DNA of 5,169 nucleotides from IMG/VR virus record IMGVR_UViG_3300029518_000077; one strand, written 5' to 3'. This document shows positions 1 to 5,169 of the stretch, in pieces. The DNA comes from a virus (taxonomy: Duplodnaviria; Heunggongvirae; Uroviricota; Caudoviricetes). The first letter of the stretch is position 1. The number at the start of each line of letters is the position of its first letter. Position numbers and translations under genes: made by a program. The notes beneath the pieces are model-generated. The model saw nothing but the letters and a program-made list of their open reading frames with translations, was not told the origin of the DNA and searched no databases.

Positions 1-450
1 AACAAATTAATTTTTATAAATAACGATAATGCAGATGTGTTTTTAATGGCTCCATGCTTTGCTCTTGGCGCATTGTATGCTATAAACAAGGACAAAATAT
101 ACATTTCACCACATGCACCAATAGGATTTGCAATATTATATAATTTTGTGTCAGACCCAACACTCAAGCATATGCTTTTTTACTTTTGCGCATGTACATT
201 TTTCGTGTATTTATCAACAACAAAAATAATAAAATCAGTAAGAATAAAACATGATGTGTCATATGGCGTTTACTTGTGGGGCTTTTTAATACAGCAGATA
301 ACATTCAGGTTATTACCTGATATAAACCTGTACTTAAATCAAGTTTTATGCATAGCACTATCACTTATTGCTGGACTGATATCATTTATTGCGATAGAAA
401 AACCAGCAATGGATATTGGGAAAAAGATATCAAACAAATTCAGATATTAG
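1..450 (+). CDS. Acyltransferase family 3 membrane protein, C-terminal portion (likely phage-borne O-antigen acetyltransferase, Oac/OafA-like); 5' end outside the window
   Basis: ORF 37..450 is open in the same frame back to base 1 (NKLIFINNDNADVFLMAPCF...), so the gene probably starts upstream of the window. The product is strongly hydrophobic with multiple predicted transmembrane segments and has acyltransferase-3-like C-terminal motifs (SYGVYLWGF..., ...IEKPAMDIGKK). GC is about 25-30% against about 50% for the neighbouring genes. Stop TAG at 448-450 is followed directly by an intrinsic terminator. The position, convergent with the tailspike, matches where O-antigen modification genes sit in P22-like phages such as Sf6. 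Family assignment is by recalled motifs only. Confidence 0.62.
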   Translation, partial: NKLIFINNDNADVFLMAPCFALGALYAINKDKIYISPHAPIGFAILYNFVSDPTLKHMLFYFCACTFFVYLSTTKIIKSVRIKHDVSYGVYLWGFLIQQITFRLLPDINLYLNQVLCIALSLIAGLISFIAIEKPAMDIGKKISNKFRY

Positions 451-453
451 ATA

Positions 454-480
454 AAAAGGGGCTGAAAGCCCCTTTTTTTT
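454..480. terminator. Bidirectional rho-independent terminator shared by the convergent acyltransferase and tailspike genes
   Basis: Perfect inverted repeat AAAAGGGGC (454-462) / GCCCCTTTT (468-476) with loop TGAAA, followed by a T-run to 480 on the plus strand and flanked by an A-run (453-457) that gives a U-tract for minus-strand transcripts. It lies between the two convergent stop codons. Confidence 0.8.
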
Positions 481-2305
481 ACGTGGTAGTTGCGGATACC
501 TTCCATTCACCAGTTGATACGTATGTCCACTTCCACGGTCCGGTAGAAACCTGACCAAGCAATTCCCACTTGGTGCCAAACGGGAAATTAGTTGTATCTC
601 CCGTGGGTGGTGATACTNNNNNNNNNNNNNNNNNNNNNNNNNNNNNNNNNNNNNNNNNNNNNNNNNNNNNNNNNNNNNNNNNNNNNNNNNNNNNNNNNNN
701 NNNNNNNNNNNNNGTTGATCCTGCTCTGCCCACTACCCCATCTAATAGAATCAGTGGTGTTGTCGGGAATTACCGTACCATTAAAATTTGCAGTTGCATC
801 ATTAAGATATATGTATTTGCTAGATGAGCCTCCAGAGTAACTAGAAAAATGAGATGAAACCAATGAGATGAAACACGATTCCAGAGATACAGCTTCAACT
901 CCTCCATCATGATGATTAACCCCTCTAAATGCAGTTACGTTAATTCGACTACCATTTATATCAAATATTTTACCAGTGCTTTCTTCGCTTCCGCATCCAG
1001 ATAGATTCACTCCAGTACAATCTTTAAATTTATAGCCAGTACCATTAACGAAGTCAGCAGCCAAACAAGTCAGGCTGCTATATGTAATGTTATTAAAATC
1101 ATATGCAACACCTGAACATGTTTTCACATAAATATTGTTTAAATTATATGTGGTTCCACCTGCTTCGATTTTAACTCCAGTAACGACATCCTGAATAGTA
1201 ATGTTTTCCCATGTCTGCAACCAACTATCACTAGTGCGATAACCGGTTTTCACCCTATGAATATACAGGTCCTGAAGGCGCACATTGTAACTGATAGCGC
1301 TATATATCCCGTAATCACAAGGATTGGGCGCAGTATTTAGAATACTCAATCCAATTATTCTGGTGCTTCTTGTTTGTGTCCCGCTTAAATCACCTGATGT
1401 GTCACTATCCATATCTACCGCAACAATAAAGTCTNNNNNNNNNNNNNNNNNNNNNNNNNNNNNNNNNNNNNNNNNNNNNNNNNNNNTTTAATATCGTTAC
1501 CTGTTTTAATTAATCCACAGGAATCCATACCGCACCCCTCCAGCGTGACACGTGGAGGCACGATAGCGCCATACTTAATATCGTAAAATCCATTGAGTCT
1601 GAGCGTACCTCCTTCATATGGAAGGCATGCAGTCAGGCGTTCAAAGGCTTCACTGTTTTGCTCAGCCGTACATGATGTCATCATGCCACCGTTCTCTACC
1701 GGAATATCGATGTGGCTACCTGCTCTCTTCCATCGCTTACCGCCGGGGGTAACAAAAATATTCACACCATCGTCAGCTTCAGAACTGGAAAAGGCTATAA
1801 ACGTTCCTCCCCCAAGCCCGGGTGTGTCAGAGTAGTATCCACGAACAGTTATATTTTGCCCGACGAATGATGGCTCAATTGTTCTGAGCGTAGAAACGTC
1901 AGGGCATATTCCGATATATTTCTCTCCATCATCTTTCGCAATTTCTTCTTTTAACCTGATAATTCCCTGGTCAGGGTCGTACTTCAACACATTAGGAAAA
2001 TAGAACTGCTGCGCACCATACGCATCGTATACAGCCATAGAATGGCCTTGCACAGTTACGAACTTGGCAATCTGTCCGTTATATACCGGGTAACCAGCAG
2101 CGTTAATGATGATTGGCTGTGCAACAGGAACATGAGAACCATCTTCGTTCTCCACATAAACCTGAATCTGGTTTTCAGGATTTACCGGGTCAGTGTCAAT
2201 TTTACCGATATAAATTTTGCCATTGGCTACAGCTTTAAAAGAACGAGCCATAGTGAAGAGTTGAGAAGGCATGCTTACCACAACATTTGCGGTGATATCT
2301 GACAT
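479..2305 (-). CDS. Tailspike protein: P22 gp9-like N-terminal head-binding domain fused to a divergent receptor-binding domain; interrupted by two N-runs, 3' end uncertain (479 or 588)
   Basis: Minus-strand ORF 1415..2353 contains [59 protein letters not shown]...[31 protein letters not shown], a near-colinear match to the P22 tailspike head-binding domain as I recall it ([59 protein letters not shown]...[31 protein letters not shown]). The start is placed at ATG 2303-2305 (M of MSDITANV), with GGAG (complement of 2314-2317) 8 nt upstream. After YDPDQ the sequence is a different G/N/T/S-rich, beta-helix-like region. The ORF continues past the 1435-1486 gap in another frame (ORF 588..1412, open upstream to the gap: [11 protein letters not shown]...) and a third open segment in the original frame ends at TAA 479-481, abutting the terminator. 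Overall span of about 608 codons fits known P22-like tailspikes of roughly 620-710 aa. Confidence 0.82.
618..713. other. Run of 96 N (masked or unresolved sequence) inside the tailspike receptor-binding region
   Basis: Directly visible as n characters; the bases are not available for analysis. Confidence 0.97.
1435..1486. other. Run of 52 N (masked or unresolved sequence) inside the tailspike; reading frame differs on either side
   Basis: Directly visible. 52 is not a multiple of 3, and the open frames flanking the gap differ (codon phase 2 upstream, phase 0 downstream on the minus strand). Confidence 0.97.
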
Positions 2306-2426
2306 TTCATTGCTCCAGACGAATGATATGATGCAACCATGATGTGATTGCATACAGAAATGGTACTATTGAGTATTTATCCAGTAGGTTACGATGCCAT
2401 TCCACCCAACTGGTGAGGCATCAAGG
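2306..2426. promoter_or_regulatory. Divergent intergenic control region between tailspike and mnt starts; expected to hold the promoters and a repressor operator
   Basis: 121-bp non-coding gap between two divergent start codons. Contains inverted repeat ATGCAA (2331-2336) N11 TTGCAT (2348-2353), several ATGAT repeats (2323-2327, 2328-2332, 2339-2343) and an imperfect 22-bp dyad at 2366-2387. A possible minus-strand -10 TATCAT (complement of 2324-2329) lies upstream of the tailspike RBS. The -35/-10 assignment is not confident. Confidence 0.4.
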
Positions 2427-2687
2427 ATGTACAGCAAATACGACGAGGCGCAGTTTCACTTGAGACTTCCGCATGAACTCCACGCGAAAATTAAACAGCG
2501 TGCGAAGATGAATAACAGGTCTCTGAACTCAGAGATAATTGCAGCGATTGAAGAATCATTGGCTAAACAAAGCTCTGCATCCGTTTACATTGACGATGCA
2601 GAGCGTATGGCAGAACAACAATCTGATATGGTTAAGAAAATTGTCTTTGATACGCTCAAAGAGCTATATAAAAAAGACAGCAGCTAA
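2427..2687 (+). CDS. mnt: Mnt-like repressor, ribbon-helix-helix (Arc/Mnt/MetJ family)
   Basis: The 86-aa product MYSKYDEAQFHLRLPHELHAKIKQRAKMNNRSLNSEIIAAIEESLAKQSSASVYIDDAERMAEQQSDMVKKIVFDTLKELYKKDSS aligns along its length with P22 Mnt as I recall it (...HFNFRMPMEVREKLKFRAEANGRSMNSELLQIVQDALSK...NDAERLADEQSELVKKMVFDTLKDLYKKTT). Start is placed at ATG 2427 rather than the ORF-track ATG 2394 because GAGG (2415-2418) sits 8 nt upstream and the length then matches Mnt (83 aa). Stop TAA at 2685-2687. Confidence 0.85.
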   Translation: MYSKYDEAQFHLRLPHELHAKIKQRAKMNNRSLNSEIIAAIEESLAKQSSASVYIDDAERMAEQQSDMVKKIVFDTLKELYKKDSS

Positions 2688-2742
2688 CTANNNNNNNNNN
2701 NNNNNNNNNNNTGGTTTTTGCACGTTCCTGGTGTTTGCGAAG

Positions 2743-4740
2743 CTATTCTGACAACGCATCAGACTTGGCACCTTGAGTCAGGGCGTTAATGGCCTTTTGC
2801 GCCTGCTGCATGGCTTTCTCAAACGCTGTTGATCCGCGTGGGGTGTTTGCCATTCTGAGCATTGCATTTCTGAATGGTTCGCTCTCATAGGCGCGAGTAA
2901 GAAGTCCGTAGCTTACCGCTGCGCCAGTTGTCGCCGGGTTCATTGCCGTCCCATACCCGATAATGAACGGGATGGTTTGCTGCCCTGTTGGTGTTGTTAC
3001 TGCCGCTTTTGCAGCCTGCTGCGTGGATTGCAGGTAGTTTTTTAATCCCTTCAGATAAGCAGCGTCCTGCCCCTTAAATGTGATGCCAGTCTGGTTTTGC
3101 AGGATGTTAAGCTGCCGAAGGAACTGGTCAGGGGATCCGCCAGATTTCTCCATCGCCTTTCCAATGATGCCATTGCGCATTTGCGCCCTGCCAACACGAC
3201 CAACTGAGTTATACAGCGTCTTAATTTCAGATTTGTTCTTGCTGAATAGCATGTTGTTGACAACTTCCGGCGTCAGGTCGCCTTTCATGAGAACATTCTT
3301 CAGCCTGGTATTCTTTAGTTTCGCCGCTTCGTCAGCGTAGACGGCATTGGCCTGCTGATATTTACGGAGAGTATCGTTGCCAAGATTCTGACCAATGGCA
3401 CCATTGATATCGTCTGTCATCGCCTTGTAAACGCGCTGAATGGCGGCATCGGAACGGTTTGGTAACACTGGTCGCTCACCCTTCACGTCCATTCTGAACT
3501 GGCTGCGCAGGTCGCTTAATTGCTTCAAATCCAGATTTACCGGACCATCAGGGCCAGCATTGCGAACAAGCTCATCACGATATGACTGAAGTTTTGAAAT
3601 TGTCTCGTTATCAGCTACCTTACCAAGCTTCTGCAGATTAGATATCTCAGTATCAATCTGCTGAATTGCTCGCGCAGGCTGAATGTTTACTCCAGCCATA
3701 GCATTCTGAACCTGCTCCAGTCGATTACCGGCGGCACGACGAATTCCTGATGTTTTCGCTTTAAGGCTGTCAATAACAACCGCTGGATCATACTCACCAA
3801 ATTTATCAGCAAATCTCTGCACCAACTGGCTTCTCGCTTCCTGTTGCGTTGCTCTCATTCCGCTTGTGCCAGCCAGAGGGATATTTTCTGCTGTAGTCTG
3901 CGCCATTTTTCCGACGCGGGAAGTTGGTTGTAACAGGTCTGTGGTGTGCAGAGGAATTCCTTCACGCTCTGCAAATCTGATGGCCTGCTGCGCTTCTGGC
4001 GCGATAGCACCACGAACGCCACGATAAGCAGCACCTAATCCACGTCCAGCAGCGTTAATAGCACCGCCAGCAAGTACACCAACGCCTAAATCGGTGGCGA
4101 GTGCTTCCGCATCATCTTTCGCACTATTTGCAGCAAGTGACCCGACTGCGTTTTCTGCTAGAAGGCGAGTTGCACCATGAACAATTCGACCAGCAAGTGT
4201 TGGTGCCTGTGTTGCAGCTCTCTCAACTCCAGCAGGAGTGAGGTAAGGCAATGCTTCAGCAAATACCCTTCCCTCTGTCGTTTGTGGAGTCAGCACGCCT
4301 TGCTGAAGGCCAAAGTCCTGTTCTAATCCCTGCGTTGTTACTCGTGGCGCTGGGTGATATGTCCCATCGCCAATTCCGAGTTTACCGCCAGCCCAAGCCG
4401 CCGCGCTTGTTACAGCATCGGCAACTGATGCAGGTATGTTTGCCACGTTCACGCCAGCCTGCACCAGTCCGCGACCAGTTTCTTTCACGGCTTCACCAAG
4501 ATCAGACACAAATCCACTTTGCTGTGGTTGTTGCTGTGCTTCTGGTTGTTGTGTCTCCACTGGCTGCACAGATGGCAATGGATAGGCAGCATAGAAAGCT
4601 TGCTTAGCCTGCTCTGCATTTTCTCCGGCTTGCGGGGCCACGACTTCATTGAAGTATTGCTCCTGAGCCTGCGCTTTTTGTTCTGGTGCTAACGCCTGAT
4701 ACTGTGGAGAGGCGATAACATCTTTCCATGCTTTAGCCAT
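2743..4740 (-). CDS. Ejection / DNA-transfer protein, probably P22 gp16-like (665 aa)
   Basis: Long minus-strand ORF at about 52% GC. The product is low-complexity and A/Q/G-rich (...QAQEQYFNEVVAPQAGENAEQAKQAF..., PEAQQQPQQSGF...) with no obvious enzymatic motif, typical of podovirus ejection proteins. It is the last late gene before the mnt/tailspike module, which is the position of gene 16 in P22. Its start ATG (4738-4740) overlaps the upstream gene's stop, and a G-rich Shine-Dalgarno (GGGGTGA) precedes it. Assignment rests on synteny and composition, not on a remembered alignment. Confidence 0.6.
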   Translation of the reverse strand: MAKAWKDVIASPQYQALAPEQKAQAQEQYFNEVVAPQAGENAEQAKQAFYAAYPLPSVQPVETQQPEAQQQPQQSGFVSDLGEAVKETGRGLVQAGVNVANIPASVADAVTSAAAWAGGKLGIGDGTYHPAPRVTTQGLEQDFGLQQGVLTPQTTEGRVFAEALPYLTPAGVERAATQAPTLAGRIVHGATRLLAENAVGSLAANSAKDDAEALATDLGVGVLAGGAINAAGRGLGAAYRGVRGAIAPEAQQAIRFAEREGIPLHTTDLLQPTSRVGKMAQTTAENIPLAGTSGMRATQQEARSQLVQRFADKFGEYDPAVVIDSLKAKTSGIRRAAGNRLEQVQNAMAGVNIQPARAIQQIDTEISNLQKLGKVADNETISKLQSYRDELVRNAGPDGPVNLDLKQLSDLRSQFRMDVKGERPVLPNRSDAAIQRVYKAMTDDINGAIGQNLGNDTLRKYQQANAVYADEAAKLKNTRLKNVLMKGDLTPEVVNNMLFSKNKSEIKTLYNSVGRVGRAQMRNGIIGKAMEKSGGSPDQFLRQLNILQNQTGITFKGQDAAYLKGLKNYLQSTQQAAKAAVTTPTGQQTIPFIIGYGTAMNPATTGAAVSYGLLTRAYESEPFRNAMLRMANTPRGSTAFEKAMQQAQKAINALTQGAKSDALSE

Positions 4741-5169
4741 TAATCACCCCATAGTGAAGAAAAGTTACTGCTGGCTGCTGGCTGTGATACCTGCTCAGAT
4801 TGCGGCAATGTCTGCGACGAAGAAGAAGTTCCTCTGTCAACTGCTGAAATAACCCGCAAAGCATCATAAGCTCGACCAGAAGCAGCTTTCAGCGAATTGA
4901 ACTGGTTTTCCATCTTCCGGCGCTTGGTATCAATGGTTTTTGTGGAGTCGCCAGGCTGAGGGAAATACATTTGATAATATTTTGACATTTCAGCAGGTGC
5001 GATAGCTGCCCCTGTTTCCTGACGGAGTATTGCCATTATTGCGTCATTAGCATTAACAACGTATTGCTGCTCTGTTGGGCTGAGCGTTAAGTTAGCCAGC
5101 GTCCCATTACCCAAAGCATTATTAATGATCGCCACTCGCTGTGGGCTAAGCTGGTCTTTCAGTGTATCT
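4740..5169 (-). CDS. Ejection protein, probably P22 gp20-like; C-terminal portion, 5' end outside the window
   Basis: The minus-strand frame is open from the window edge (5169) to stop TAA at 4740-4742. The ORF track begins it at a GTG (5133-5135), but the frame continues upstream without a stop (...DTLKDQLSPQRVAIINN...). It is translationally coupled to the downstream gene. Identity is inferred from gene order only. Confidence 0.45.
   Translation of the reverse strand, partial: DTLKDQLSPQRVAIINNALGNGTLANLTLSPTEQQYVVNANDAIMAILRQETGAAIAPAEMSKYYQMYFPQPGDSTKTIDTKRRKMENQFNSLKAASGRAYDALRVISAVDRGTSSSSQTLPQSEQVSQPAASSNFSSLWGD

Noticed and set aside
348-554. Plus-strand ORF of 68 aa overlapping the end of the acyltransferase gene and running through the terminator
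   Set aside because: It is in a different frame inside a well-supported CDS, crosses the terminator hairpin and has no RBS or recognisable product; most likely a chance ORF.
479-733. ORF 479..733 (-) as an independent small gene starting MGRAGS
   Set aside because: Its start is defined only by masked sequence. The unmasked part ([45 protein letters not shown]) shares codon phase with the tailspike N-terminus and ends at the terminator, so it is treated as the probable tailspike C-terminus.
570-840. Plus-strand ORFs 570..827 and 592..840
   Set aside because: Both are antisense to the tailspike and consist largely of translated N-run (X residues); they owe their length to the masked bases.
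1593-2302. Plus-strand ORFs 1593..1835 and 2042..2302
   Set aside because: Both are antisense to the region encoding the conserved tailspike head-binding domain; chance ORFs.
2306-2353. Upstream extension of the tailspike to the ORF-track start at 2353 ([16 protein letters not shown]...)
   Set aside because: The P22-type tailspike begins at the conserved M-(S/T)-DITANVVV, which is ATG 2303-2305 with a GGAG 8 nt upstream. The extension has no homology and would consume the divergent control region.
2394-2426. Longer mnt start at ATG 2394 (MPFHPTGEASR...)
   Set aside because: ATG 2427 has a well-spaced GAGG and gives a protein matching Mnt in length and N-terminus; ATG 2394 has no evident RBS.
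2539-2751. Plus-strand ORF of 70 aa overlapping mnt and crossing the third N-run
   Set aside because: It is in an alternative frame of the well-supported mnt CDS and partly made of masked bases.
3051-4607. ORFs 3051..3263 (-), 3080..3340 (+) and 4251..4607 (+) inside the ejection-protein gene
   Set aside because: All are embedded in or antisense to a 665-codon ORF, with nothing to mark them as independent genes; expected chance ORFs in GC-rich coding sequence.
1-5169. Searched for tRNA, rRNA, CRISPR repeats, transposase or insertion-sequence ends, and attP-like sequence
   Set aside because: No cloverleaf-like structures, regularly spaced direct repeats or terminal inverted repeats were seen; the attachment site and integrase expected in P22-like phages would lie beyond the acyltransferase, outside this window.

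Overview
This window looks like the right-hand late-region end of a P22-like (Lederbergvirus-type) podovirus or prophage, shown in reverse orientation to the usual map. Reading the minus strand from high to low coordinates: the 3' part of an ejection-protein gene (4740..5169, start outside the window), translationally coupled to a 665-aa A/Q/G-rich ejection/DNA-transfer protein (2743..4740), then a plus-strand Mnt-like ribbon-helix-helix repressor (2427..2687), then a divergently transcribed tailspike (about 479..2305) whose N-terminal head-binding domain closely matches P22 gp9 but whose receptor-binding part does not. The tailspike converges on an AT-rich (about 25-30% GC) acyltransferase-3 family gene fragment (1..450, an oac-like O-antigen acetyltransferase, start outside the window), with a bidirectional intrinsic terminator between them (454..480). 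Three N-runs (618-713, 1435-1486, 2691-2711) interrupt the sequence; two lie inside the tailspike and break its reading frame as given, so its exact structure and 3' end cannot be settled from this window. No tRNA, rRNA, CRISPR array or transposase is visible. The most interesting points are an orphan mnt sitting directly against the tailspike start with no arc/ant/sieA, a mosaic tailspike, and the adjacent low-GC acyltransferase moron. All homology statements are from recalled protein sequences, not from a search.
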